From Callorhinchus milii (lineage: Eukaryota), in assembly GCF_018977255.1 (NCBI RefSeq), contig NW_024704743.1:50284001-50348000 (forward strand): a stretch of 64,000 nt of DNA, in the 5' to 3' direction. A program made the position numbers and the translations under genes. Shown here one piece after another: positions 36,410 through 49,038 of this stretch. The notes under the pieces were generated by a model. The model did no database searches, was not told the DNA's origin, and saw only the letters and a list, made by a program, of their open reading frames with translations. Numbering within the stretch: the stretch's first letter is position 1; each line of letters starts with the position of its first letter.

Positions 36410-37125
36410 AAAAATCCTTACATTTTATTTAGTACGTTATCACATCGTAGAGATGTCTCAAAGCGCTTTACAAAATTTACTGTGAAGTGTAGTGACTGTA
36501 GGTGAACATGGCAGCTAATTTTCGCAGAATAATGTCCCACAAACAGCCATAAAATGAATGACCAATTTTATTTGGTGGATTGTTGACCAAGACACTGGGA
36601 GAAATGTCTGTCTCTTTTTGAATAGTGCCTCAGACTTTTAACGTCCACTTGAGCAGACAGACTAAGTTTAATGCCTCATCCAAACGATGCACCTCCATCA
36701 CTGCAGCTCCCTCAGCAGTGTTTTGGAATATCAGCCTGGACTCAGGGTTCAAAGTCACAACTTGTAATAATAATAATAATCCTTGCATTTGATATAGCGC
36801 TTTTCACGTCGGGAGGACGTCCCAAAGCGCTTCACAGAACACACTGTAAAGTGAATTGACTGTATACTTGTGGGCGAACGCGGCAGCCAATTGCGCACAG
36901 CAATGTCCCACAAACAGTCGTAGATTGAAAATGACTAACTTATTATTGTTTTTGGTTTTGGAGGGATTATTATTAGGCTCTGTGTGGAGTAAGGAAACTT
37001 GCCCAAGGTTTCGCCCTCTGCCTGGAATTGAACTCAGGTCTCTCGCTTGCAAAGCGAGTGCTCTAACCACTGAGCTACAGGACTCCAGAGGTGATCCCAG
37101 AGGTGAGAATACTACTAACTGAGTG
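36410..37125 (-). mobile_element. DeuSINE-type SINE interrupted by a young SINE
   Basis: Tail and core lie at 36410-36764, and the head remnant cagaggtgagaatactactaactgag at about 37090-37125. Confidence 0.75.
36765..37087 (-). mobile_element. tRNA-Ala-headed SINE, short form, CTCCC-loop subfamily
   Basis: Full length with CpGs intact. The tail reads AGCGCTTTGGGACGTCCTCCCGACGTGAAAAGCGCT. Confidence 0.93.
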
Positions 37126-38154
37126 AAACTTACAGCTTGAACCCATCTATTTTATGACAAAAAGCTAGTGAGTATGGGTGTAGGAGGAGGGGGGAGACAG
37201 TGTTCATAATTTTGCATAATTTCAGACAAAGCCACCTGCTATAGACACCCTTGTCTGTGCAGTGTTCTGATAAGCACAAAGGATTGTCTGTTACCTTATT
37301 ATGAGATCACTGCAGGCACAACAGAGCTGGTCATTTTTTCCATGAAATGGGATTTTTCTGAGCACAATAGCATTATTATCATTAAATAAAGCAGCAATTA
37401 ACATCCTCATTGTAAAAGCATAAGGAAGCATGGGTCATTTGGCCCATTAATTCTGCTCCTTCCATAAATCATGTACAATCTACCCATTCATGGGCACTAT
37501 CCCACTTACTTAATCTCCTGCGTGCAACATTTCTTCCGAATCTCCAAAGAAATTGAGCAGAGCACCAATATATTTCACCAATCCCCAATCTCCATTGTTC
37601 AGACCATGCTGATTGCTTCTCCTGATGGGCCATTTCCTTTCTCTTAGAAGAACATTGGGAATCAATTTTGTGGTGAATAAGATATTTTAGCACATTGAAT
37701 GTACCTGGATCAGCAGTACTCCAGGACACTGCTGATAGCAGACCAGCCAACCTAACTCTTTATAATAATAATAATAATCATCTTTGCCAGGACACGGAGG
37801 GGTAAACTGGGAGTAGGGATTATTCCCACTTATCTCCTGTTAACTCTCTTGCAAGTCAGTGGGTAGGATGGTCCAGCTGAACAAGCAGCAGAATGCTTCC
37901 AGAAATGCTCTCTATGACACGCGGTGTGTTTTTAGCTATATAAACTCAAGCAGTACCCCAACACACTCTGGGGTCCCTAAACCTTGGTTCTTGCCAGTCT
38001 GCGTCCATGATTCTCTAGAATCAAGTACACAAGACGAGGCCCCGCCCAAGGGAGAGAATGCACATTTCATTCCAAACACAGAATTTTCCATATATGGGTG
38101 ATATGCATGGAATTCCCAGTTTAGTTTGGACTCTCTTAAGCATGGTTTCCGCAC

Positions 38155-38450
38155 ATAATAATAATAATTTGCATTTGATATAGGGGATTTATCACGTGGG
38201 AAGGATGTCTCAAAGGGTTTCACAGGAAGTACTGTGAAATGGAGTGACTTGTAGGTAAACATGTTATCACAATTACGCAGTGTTCCATAAACAGCTATGA
38301 AATAAATGAACAATTGTTTATTTTGGGGGATTGTTGACCACGACACTGGGAGAAATTCACTTATTTTTTGAATAGTGCCATGGGAGCTTTAATGAGCACT
38401 TGAACAGGCAGACTTTGACCTTGGTTTAATATCTCTTCTGAAGGACAGGA
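38155..38450 (-). mobile_element. DeuSINE-type fragment
   Basis: Tail and Deu core on the reverse strand. Confidence 0.75.
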
Positions 38451-38581
38451 GGGACTTGGCTAAATCTTTTGAACCTTATACTGCATTATATGTGTCTTAG
38501 TTCTTTACCTAAGTTTCTCAATATTAAAACACAATAGGATAACTGTGTTCAGATAACCCTCTGGAATTACTGAGAATTACT

Positions 38582-38905
38582 ATTATAATAATATTAATAA
38601 TAATCCTTGCATTTGATACAGCGCTTTTCACGTCTTCTAGACGTCTCAAGCGCTTCACAGTATATACTGTAAAGTGAATTGACTGTATATTTGTGGGTGA
38701 ACGCGGCAGCCAATTGCGCACAGCAATGTCCCACAAACAGTCGTATATTGAAAATGACCAATTATTATTGTTTTTGTTTTTTGGAGGGATTATTATTAGG
38801 CGTGTGGAGTAAGGAAACTTGACCAAGTTTTCGCCCTGCCTGGAATTGAACCCAGGTGTCTCGCTTGCAAAGCGAGTGCTCTAACCACTGAGCTACAGGA
38901 CTCCA
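38582..38905 (-). mobile_element. tRNA-Ala-headed SINE, short form, TAGAA-loop subfamily
   Basis: Full length. The tail reads GAGACGTCTAGAAGACGTGAAAAGCGCT and the B box is GGTTCAATTCC. Confidence 0.92.
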
Positions 38906-39334
38906 CTATAACATTATAACAGATAATAAAAAGTTCGAACCCGTTGATGCCTCCATATCCTTGTTTGTCCAATACCAAGTTCCTATCTCTGTGTACTATA
39001 CAATTAATATTTGGTTTCATTTTAAACCATAAAAGTTAAAAAAAGTTACTTGTGTTTTCATTTACATATTCCTAATATATGTCATTATAGATATCAGCAC
39101 ACGCCTGGTACAAGTCCTTGTATCATAAGCAAATATAAGATACTGGAATTAGATAAGCAGGGCATGTTCCGCCAGAGACTGGGTCATTTCTGTGTAAGTG
39201 GCTTGTTCATCACTGTGGGATGTCCTTTTAGCATAAAAGGTGCCATATAGATATAATTTTATTGTGTATTTGGAACTCTATGTCTGATTTGGATACTCTT
39301 AAGCTTAGCGATGGTTTAATGCATCAGCTACTTG

Positions 39335-39600
39335 GCTGACCAAGAGAAAATGATCCTAGATAGGCTGGCTGAGAACTGTCTGCATTTGGTTTTCAATAGG
39401 ATTGGATGCTGGTCAGGCTGAACCTGGCTTTGAACTGCCTGGTTACAAAATACCAGCTGCTCCAATGTTCAGGTTTTGTAAATTGCCAGTATCACCACAA
39501 GTCTAGTGCCTTGGACCTGGCTTCACCAACATTACCATTGAGAATGTCATCAGGTTTCAACCTCTTGTACAGCTTGTCATTCAGGTACACTCAATGTGAT
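39335..39600 (-). mobile_element. Possible highly decayed Gypsy RT relic
   Basis: Frameshifted SMVMLVKPG...TCGD...NQAVQ...DQHPI...SASLSRIIFS resembles the start of a Gypsy RT. Confidence 0.35.
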
Positions 39601-39689
39601 AGACATTGAACGTAGGATTGGTTTAGTAGGATTCTATCTGTATTAATCTCTGTACGACCAGATATTTATCCACACCTCAGCCACTTTTC

Positions 39690-39900
39690 TTAGAAGCCTT
39701 TATCTCATGTCCACTGCTTTGTGGTATCCACTATGTCAAGTCGAAGATAAAAGAGAACACGTTTGCTTGCTCTATCCATGCTGCTCAGCATTTTAAGTGC
39801 CTCATTTATGTCTCCTTGTACTTTTGTTTTTGTCAGGGAGAACATACCCTGTGCTCGATAGTTACAGATTTCCAGGATCTTCAGAAGAATCTCAGCTGCA
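39690..39900 (-). mobile_element. Old CR1 fragment
   Basis: ORF segment GMFSLTKTKVQGDINEALKMLSSMDR. Confidence 0.6.
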
Positions 39901-42559
39901 GACACAGTCTAGGACCCAAAATGAGCAAAGAATAACAATAATAATATTTTTTATGATAATGCTTAACGTTAAAGGAAGCTAAGTAGAACTATTGTTACAT
40001 ATTCATATACAGCATAGCAATAAATATTTCAACACTAACCCACAAGTGTATTGGTTGACTTTTGTAAGATGTAATTCTTCCCGTTATTAATATTTTACTA
40101 ATCATCTGCTTCAGGACATTGTTGTGTGCAACTTGGCTGCTGCTTTTGTCTACAAATACACAGTAAAATGTAATATCTGTACAATCAATTTTATAGTACA
40201 ATCCTGTGAAGCGCTTTGAGAGACTTCAACAATGTGATAAGGTGCTAGATCAAATGGCAGGATTATTATTATTAATAAGTGTGTTTATTTACACTTCACA
40301 AGACTGGAAACCGTTCAGAACCTGCATCCAGAGTAATCCTGATGGATATTCATGCAGTTACACATCCCTAGATTACTATCCTGTTTGTTATATTTCTTAG
40401 AAACACCCACAAACCAGTTGTTTGCTAATGTAACTGCTATGATACCAGGATTCCACTGTTTTTAGATGGGGAGGTTCGAATAGTGTAACAGAAAGGCAGC
40501 CATTTGAGTAATGTGTTCCAACAGAATCCTGTTTAAACAAAGCCAGAGTTTCTTAAAAACCCTAGAGTGTAGAAAAGAGTTGTTCAATTAAGTTAATAAG
40601 CTTTGATGGATCGATTTTAAAGTTGTTTGCATCTACCTGGAGCAGAGCAGACTAAGAATATTTCTTACCCTCTCTCAGTTAGTCAATTGCCATGTAGTCT
40701 GAGTCATTTGACAATAAACCATTCAGTGACTGTGCTGTTTGCTGTTGTCTGCTCTGCTTGGGTGTTTAAGGCACAGCCAGTCACATTTTGCTTTCAGAAT
40801 GCTGCCAAATAGAATGGGGATTATGCAATCCTTGCAATGTTAATATCACAGTCTCACTGCAAACTGGCGAATCCATCAAACTTTTAAACAGAACAGCAAA
40901 GGTTGTTTTGTCCTTACAAAGAGGGTATGTATTCTGGGAGTATAGATGTGTTACATTTAATATTCCTTACAGATAGTTTAGTTCACATATTTATTCTCCG
41001 TATATCGGAATCACCTCTGTATGGTTACCATCTGAATTTTAGGCTAAGACATTCATCTGTCTGCCTGTAAAAGGGCCCTTGACACTTCAAAAAGAGAAGA
41101 GAATATCTCCCGATGTCCTGACTGACAAGATATAAATGTTTGTTCACTTCATGGTCATTTATGGGCTATTTTGTGTGCTGTAATGGTGTCACCATTGCCT
41201 TTTAAAACAAACAGTCACTGAGTACATTGAACCACTTTGAGATGTTTCAGTGTTGTACGCACTGTAATAATACAAATTGCTGTACGCATTTCAACTACCT
41301 GGAGAGCAAACACCCTCACAAAAGCATACAGTGCATTAAATTGCTAGGATATTTCCCTAAAAAGAAATGACTTCAATAGTTAAACATGATTCAGACTGAT
41401 GTACCTCATTATCCCACCAGTGACATTTGCACAGTGCACCCATGTATTGAGCATTGCTACAGATGTTTGCTGATATCTGGAGAAAAGTGAGCTACCATAG
41501 AGAGCGCACACGTCATGATATTTCTCACAGTTGGAGGAGCAGTAGCAGCTAAAATGGCCCTGACAGGACATGAAGGTACAAACTTCTGTAGCCAGGAGTC
41601 GAAAGATAGGAGAAAATAGGAAGGGATAAAGTTAATAACCACCCTCATATCCCTGGATAAATTCAGTGAAAATCAGGGTTTATTTGGGAACATAAACTTA
41701 CATGAATCCTACCTGGTTGCCCTGCTGGTTCTGCCAATGTGGCATATTCAGAAACTTGGGATTGGCACAACCAGCTTTCATGAGCATTGTCTGAAGTGGC
41801 ATTGTGGTGGGTGATGTCCAGCTGTCCACACAATCACAGACAATAAAAACAATGGCAAATTCAGGTTTATTAAATTTAAATTAAATGCAGGTGAAAATCA
41901 TTTCTTACTGATTGACTTACCAAGGTCAATTAAACAGTTATTTGATGATGTAAATGGATAAATCAACTTTATTGGCCCTTACTGAGAGTGGACATCACTA
42001 TACAAAGTCCAGCTGTGATACAATATATGCTGCACACCACACCAACACAAAGCAATGACAGCCATATATGGAATTTATTTTATGTACAGTCCACAGGGTA
42101 CAAATCTAACTAGAGGTACTTTTCATTAAGCCACTGGGAGCTAAAATAAACCAAGCAGAGGCGTACTTGCTCTTAGGCAGCACTAGTTGTAACCATGGCG
42201 ACATCTAAATTGTTGACAGCCCCTAAATACTGTATTGTGTAGCTTCTTGGCAACCCTCTAAGTTCAGATGATGTCAGGAGCAGCTCTGCTCCTAAGCCCA
42301 TTCTGAGTGCTATTTTGAACCACACGAGATAAAGAATCTGCTTCAACCCAACCAGTAACAAAAGTTTAGATTTAATTTTTAATGGCGCATGAAAGGCAAG
42401 CATGCACACCCACATAAACAGGATGTTGCTTACAAATTGATCGATTAGTGTGTTTATTAGTCATCACGATTTTCTTTCTGCTGTGGCCAGGATGGTGAGG
42501 AGGGGGTAGCTTGCCTATGGAGGGGGAGGAGATTTGGTCTGAATGGTGAAGATGTGGGG

Positions 42560-43230
42560 ATTTTGCAGAATTAATTCTGGGTTCAGGAGTTATTGATGCA
42601 GAACTTTTTCCTTGGTTACAGAAGGGTTGGAGTGAAGTGCATGTTAGAAGGGAATTTGCATGGCCTCTGGAAGATTTGGCTATGAGGGCCAATGTGATTG
42701 TTACTGATTGAATTGAGGGACCTTTGATTATCGAGCAATCCCAAATGTCTGCAGAAGGTCTCCTCCATCATGGCAGATAGTCAAGGGGTCCTACATCTCA
42801 TGGATTGATAGTGTTGCCAGTGTGGCATCTTCTATTTGTTTTCTCTTACAGGTGCCAATGTGGAACAAGTGGCTTCATGTTCCTAAGAAAGACAAGGGTC
42901 AGGCATCATCACAGATGTGCAAAAAGACTGCTTTGCAATAATTGTCTGATCAATGATTCTTTACAATCTGGCACACAGCGTGCTTAATCTTTGGGCAACT
43001 GCTGCTGTATTATTCCAGTCGCCTAGGTTACAGGCTATATTTGATCTTGTAAGTGTTTGTGCATCATTCTTCGAAAGATTTTAAGGGTCTAGCATCTATC
43101 AGGTCTTTGATGATGTTGTCTCCTTATTACAGTCAGGAAGAATGTAGTGATGGTGTATACAGGATGACTGAATCAAGGTACATGGAGATGAAAGCCACCT
43201 GAGAGTGAATTACAAGACTAAAATTGAATT
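42560..43230 (-). mobile_element. Possible highly decayed Gypsy integrase relic
   Basis: In the expected order, with frameshifts: LTVI-GDNIIK, ACNLGDW...HAVCQI, TFGI...PQF, LLT...FTP...GKSSAS-LLN. Confidence 0.45.
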
Positions 43231-43304
43231 AAGCAATTTAGATGACACTAAGGTAATTTATATAGAAGTTTTGAAAAAGTTGGGTTTACCAAGTTTACGG
43301 GGAT

Positions 43305-43556
43305 CTGATTGTTCAAGTGGACATTACCAATGGCACTATTGGAAAAGAGAAGGGAGTTTCTCCTAGTGTCTTGGAGACAATCCCCCAGATAAAATTGGTC
43401 ATTTACTTTATAGCTGTTTGTGGGACATTGCTGTGCATAAATTGGCTGCCGTGTTCAGCTCAAATCCAACAGTCACTAAACTTCACAGTACGATTCTGTG
43501 AAGCACTTTGCAACATCCCCCAGAGTGAATGATCTAAAATTAAGGATTATTATTAC
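43305..43556 (+). mobile_element. DeuSINE-type fragment
   Basis: gctgtttgtgggacattgctgtgcataaattggctgccgtg plus tail. Confidence 0.8.
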
Positions 43557-44084
43557 AACATTTTTATTGAAATATTAATCTCCATCTGAACTTCCAAATG
43601 ACTTGTGTAACTCTTTCCCATCTGTTACTAGATGTACAGCACTGATTTTCTTTTGAAGCCAAGCCATACTTAAAAGCCTAGTTCATTTTCGGAAATTTAA
43701 ATTAGCGAAGGACATGATCAATGCTACAGTCCAAGTTGGGTCATAACCAGGGAAAAACGTTTAACTTGTAGGGTTTCTTAGCACTGGTAGTCTGAATGTT
43801 CAGCTCAGTGGATTGAAACAATTTTTTTTTTGCCCTTTGAGTTTGTGGAATACCATGCCTGGCTTCTACTGATACCAATCAGTTTTCACAGCTATAATTA
43901 AAGGTTGAATATAACATTCAACCAAGATATTGAACAATAATAATGATCCTTGCATCTGATATCATGCCGTTTCTCATTGGGAGGATGGAACACGAACTTC
44001 CCAAGGAGGAAGCTGAAAGAGACCAATAGCAATATTGGTCCACTTGTCACAATGCTGAAACAGTATGAGGCAGCAATAAATAAG

Positions 44085-44705
44085 GCAAACATGATATATT
44101 GCTAAATTAGGGCTACATTGCTAAATCAGTTACGTTGAGATCCATGGTTATTATACTCAGATTCTACAGTGCTCTGGTCAGTCTGCACTTTACGTACTGC
44201 ATACAGTTCTAGTTATCGAAACAGAAGGGGGATATCCAGATCCTTAGAGCAGGTGCAGAGAAGAGTGACAAGGTTGATCCCCAGTGTTAGAGCAATAAAC
44301 TATGAGAAACAATTAGACAATCTAGGGTTCTTCAGATTTTAGAGAAGGTGACTCAGAGGGGATCTCATGGAGTTGTAAACAATTTTAAATGGGATTGAAA
44401 AAGTAAATCTGCAATACTTTAGGATGCACCAAGACAATAGAACAGGAGGACATAGGTTTAGAAATGTAAATGGCAATTTCAGAACTGATATCAGAATATT
44501 TTTCATTACTTCTAAGATAATCCACACTTGGAGCTCTTAAATGAATGACTGGAAGAAGGTTGCCTGGAAGAGTGGTTGAGGTCAGGCCACTGGGGTCATT
44601 TATAAACAGCTTGATGATGTAATGGGAGAACGGTAGAGTGGGCATTCTGACTGGATGAGATCAGATGGGCTGAAAGACTTTTCCTCATTCAAACCCATCT
44701 TTGCA
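44085..44705 (+). mobile_element. Old CR1 3' region
   Basis: Decayed YSALVSLHF-YCIQF...LEQVQRRVTRLIP...LRGDLMEL motifs. Confidence 0.8.
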
Positions 44706-45849
44706 ATATTTGTTTAGGATTTGAAAATTTTGTTTAGCAATATTTGAGGTTGGTCATGATAGAGTAAATTGCAACTCATTTATGTTGTCTTTGTACACCA
44801 GAGCATTGGAATCATTTCAAATGGAAACTCATGGCTCTTTGTGGGACATTGTGGAGGAAACAGGCTGCTGTGCCTACAAAATACATAGTCACTACACTTT
44901 ACAGTAAAATCCTGTGAAGTGCTTTAATGTTCGGCCTTTGTGAAAGGCACTGTATCAAATGCAGGAATTACTATATTATAAACTTCACATTAAAACATAT
45001 GGAAACATTTTCTGCATCTCAGGATGAATGCCAGGGACTCAGCCGTAGTTACACTGCAGGCTGCAAATCACAGTACCAGAGCTACTGGAGAAATGGCATA
45101 TTTGTGGAGAATGTCTCATCCTGTCTGCAGCCAGAAAAGTATGGTGGTCAGTGTGATGGAAGCAAGATTTACCCTGTTATCGCCAGCTTTGAAGCCTCCT
45201 GATTTGTGATGAAGACTCACCTCCATACATGGTAGTCATCACAAGTGGAGGCAACAGCTCCCCATTTTATTCATACTGCCTGACTGCCTGTCAGCATTTG
45301 TCCTCCCCCTTCTCCCTTACTTGACATCCAACACTGTCCCTGTGAAGCACTTTGAGATGCTATCCTGTGGGAAAATGTGCTATGTAAATACAAGTTGTTG
45401 TTCTGGTGTCAGTGTTATTACTACAATATAAACGCTGCATTATGCACAATGGTCACTAAACAGTATGATGTACAAGTATAGTTCCCTTTTGTGGCTCAGT
45501 ATGGTTCCTATCTGAACATTGGTTCATTCTGATTCCTGTCTGCACATTAGGGTGAAATTAACAGTGTTTCATAATATGTTTTTTGTGATAAGCATCACTT
45601 GTGATAGTCACAAGAAACTTGTTGTGAAAGAACATTATTTTCAACCCGTTTAGTGTAGTGTGATGGCATGGTAAAGTGCAACATCAAGAGGAAGACACTG
45701 GGAAGAAAAACAGATCCACTCAAAGAAGTGAAGGTAGATAATAACCACACAGTAAAGACAAGAGGAAGCCCTTCTCCACGCCTCATTTGACAATTAGGAG
45801 ACTGGAATGCTTCTTAAATACAAATGAATAATTAAAATATCGAAAGAAA

Positions 45850-46260
45850 GAAATAAAACTTGCATTTGATATAGCAACTTTCCTGCCTTTCAGGGTGAAT
45901 TTTCAAAGTGCTTCTCAGGAATTAATGGAAAGTGTGGTGACTGTATTTTGTCGGCAATACATGGTAGCCAGTTTGCGCAGAGCCTTGAAGTGAACTACCA
46001 GTTTTATTTGGGGGATTGTTGGCCTGGACACTGGGAGATCTCACTTCTCTTAACATATCATGTCATTGAATCTTTATCATTCAACATCTGAACAACCATA
46101 CTGGACCTCGGTTTAACGTGTCATCCAAGCACATCACCTCCAACAATGCAGTACTCTCCCCAACAATGCACTAGAGTATCAGCCTAGACCGTGTAAGTTC
46201 AAAGCCTCGATGTGGAGCACCTGTAAGAGAAACTGCTGCAAGATGTGCCAGGCTGACACA
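45850..46260 (-). mobile_element. DeuSINE-type SINE
   Basis: Reverse-strand tail, Deu core and head remnant. Confidence 0.75.
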
Positions 46261-46811
46261 CTTCACGAAATACAGATGTTTTGCTCTATGATGTGCTGAA
46301 CCTCTTTGCAATGGCATGGGAATTGAAAGGGCGGCCAGGCATTGGCCCCTGGAAAGAGTGACGGAATCCTGCTATACTGCGGGGACGTCCCCAAGCTGGG
46401 TTGCTAACTGCAAGGAGCAAACAAAGCAGGGCTGCTGAGTGCAGCTAACATTCATTATCAGAGGTTATTAGTGTCTGCCACCACCTGTGACTCATCTCAG
46501 GCACAGACTGGCAGTGGAGACTGGCAGCACTGAAGAGGTGGGAGGAGGGTAATTACACCAATGAAAATTCAATTGGTGAATCAACAAGGGTTTCTCACCT
46601 CTAAGAGCTGGATAAATCAGCATGAAACGGAAAAACAGGTGTATTTCAGGAATTTCTTGTAATTATGAATACTGTATAGAACACCATTACCCTCTCCTCT
46701 GGCCACTCTCCTCCATCCTGAAGGTATTGAGGCATGTTCCACATGTGCCAGCACCTCATTCAAGTTATAACATTGTTCACATGCGAGTCCAGACAATGAA
46801 TATGGGGGCAA

Positions 46812-47035
46812 TCATAGAATCATATAATCATAGAATCTTACAGTACAGAAGGAGGCCATTCAGCCCATCATGCCTGTGCCAGCTCTTTGAAAGAGTTATC
46901 CAACTACTCCCATTCCCCTGCTCTTACCCCAAAGTCCTGCAAATTTTTCCTTTTCAACTACATATCCAATTCCCTTTGGAAGCTACTATCGAATCTGCTT
47001 CCACCACCCTTTCAGGTAGTGCATTCCAGATCATA
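46812..47035 (-). mobile_element. CR1 3' end with (ATTCTATG)n tail
   Basis: atcatagaatc...cagaaggaggccattcagcccatc. Confidence 0.85.
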
Positions 47036-47039
47036 ATAT

Positions 47040-47265
47040 CAGAGCTAAGCCTGATTCTGTTCTCCCCAGGTGGCTAGACATGTGTTTTTTTCCAGCAGGG
47101 GGCAGGATAGTGATCGGGAGCAGCCATAGTGGCTGTCTTACTGCTCCTTATCCTGTGAGGTGTTGAGGTCAAATGCATAATTGCTGCTTCAGCTGAAATC
47201 TAACTCAGACTGGGATTTTCACCTACGCCTTTTTGATCTCTATAGTCTAATGATGCACCTGGTGA
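47040..47265 (-). mobile_element. Old SINE-like family X copy
   Basis: ttccagcagggggcaggatagtgatcgggagc...cagctgaaatctaactcagac. Confidence 0.55.
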
Positions 47266-48004
47266 TACCTTATTTAATAATGATAACAATAACCCTTACA
47301 TTTGATGCAATGCCTTTCACAGTGGAAGGTTGTCTCAAAACGCTTCATAAGATACACTGTACAATCACTTTATACCACAGTGTCACAGATATACCTAGTG
47401 CATATCCATTCAGCATTCTCCCATAAATTGCCAGGCAAGCTCCAGAATGTTTTTAATATTACAAAGAACTAGTCATGCAATGGACCCTTTAATAACTTTA
47501 GATGCTCTGAGCCCACTTAGCATCCTGTAATGCCATGAAAAAACATAACAATTGTGTCTCCAGTGACAATTGCCTCTGAATGTACCAAAAATACCGTTGA
47601 ACTATTCAACAAGAGAAGAGAGTTTTGCCCACACTACTGGCCAAAAATCCCCTAAACAACAACAACTTACATTTATATAGTAGCCCAGATGCTGTGCTGA
47701 AATGAAGGGGGAGGTGACTGTATGCACAGTTGAAGAGGAAGGTCTTCAGGTGTAATCTGAAGATGGGGAAGGAGGAGGCAAGGCAGAGGGATTGAGGAAA
47801 AAAAATTGATCATTAGCTTCCATGTGAAGTGTTTTAATATTAAATCGTATACAAAATACTAGGATTATTATTATCATAGTGATAACTTTGTGTTACTAAA
47901 AGCACACTTGACTTCTTTATCCTCTCGGATTATTGCCTCAAAACCAGAACACTGAGCAGCAGGCTTGTCAGGTTACAGTCCTGGCAAGTGGCACACCCAC
48001 TGTG

Positions 48005-48310
48005 CTTTATTACAATGCGGTTTATATTTATGTAGTGCTTTTCACATTGGGAGAACATCTCATAGCGCTTTACACAGCTTGGCTGAGCACCTGACCTGAG
48101 GGGACGGGAGTTCAAAAGGGTGGTGGACGGGGAAGGAGACTGAAAGCAATGTCAAAGAAGGAAGTCTTGAGATGAGATTTGAAAGTGTGGAGGGAGGGAG
48201 TGAGTTGGAGGAATTAGGCGGGGGCATGAAGAGGCTGAGTTTGCTGAATGAACGGAGCGGCAGATGCAGAAGGTTGCAAAGGCAGGGCAAGGCTGTGAAG
48301 GGATTTGAAA
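48005..48310 (-). mobile_element. L2 3' fragment
   Basis: Tail gtgcttttcacattgggagaacatctcatagcgctttac and a purine-rich body. Confidence 0.7.
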
Positions 48311-49018
48311 ATGGATGTTGTGGGTACGTTGCCAGCAACGCCAAAGGCCACTTTGTCTCGGGGCTCAACTGCGATGGAGTCGATGGGAAAGGATCACATG
48401 TGTGAACCAATTGAGACCACGACATTGTGCAATTTTCACCCCAACGTCGAATCTCAAATAATAATACTGAGAATTTGAATGTCTCTGAGTGGTCAATTGT
48501 GTATGTAAGATTACATTGTAACCTGTGTGATCCACCCGACAGGTAAGCAGAGGAAACACAGAATAATACAGAATAATACACAGAACTGGGAGCTCCAACT
48601 TTCACTGCAAATTGAGCACAGCATTAAAAACCCTCCCTCAGTCCCTAAACTACCAACAATGTAATCTGCATAGTACAGGGACACTCTCACAGAGTGGCCC
48701 CTATGTGGCTTCTTGAGTGCTCATAACATCAGGCAGCAGCATTAAACACAGAGTGCTTACTGCAAGATAATTGGCACTACCATTAGAAGATGACTGGACA
48801 TTTTATGTTTAAAACCACAATACATGCATTAACCTCAGATTTTAAAAAAGTCAAATGAACCACGTTTGCATAATTTAGTTCTTCTATCAGTCTAACATTT
48901 ATTTAGGTTAAAGTTCCTCATCCAGTCTCAAACAGAGAACTCATTTGAATATTTTGACACTGTGCTTAGGTCAGTGAACAGGCCTCTAATTACATTATCA
49001 TATTAATGGAGTACTGAG

Positions 49019-49038
49019 ATCTCCCCCCCCCCCCCCCC
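49019..49038. repeat. Poly-C tract
   Basis: Run of about 16 C. Confidence 0.9.

Noticed and set aside
37010..37087. tRNA-Ala(TGC)-like genes (also near 4800-4880, 15060, 27420 and 38830)
   Set aside because: A/B boxes and an anticodon arm (CTCGC-TTTGCAA-GCGAG) are present, but there is no paired acceptor stem. Each runs into a SINE body and tail, so these are SINE heads.
36804..37122. Recurring small ORFs such as MVRALALQARDL and GKFPYSTRLIII
   Set aside because: These are translations of SINE copies, not a gene family.
41380..41830. Possible Harbinger transposase relic (CTHV motif)
   Set aside because: A single short motif with no supporting downstream motifs.
42825..42900. Strong splice acceptor ttctatttgttttctcttacag
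   Set aside because: I found no convincing donor or recognisable peptide, and it lies antisense within the putative Gypsy relic.
48060..48605. 181-aa ORF
   Set aside because: About half lies in a decayed L2 3' region, and it has no recognisable domain.
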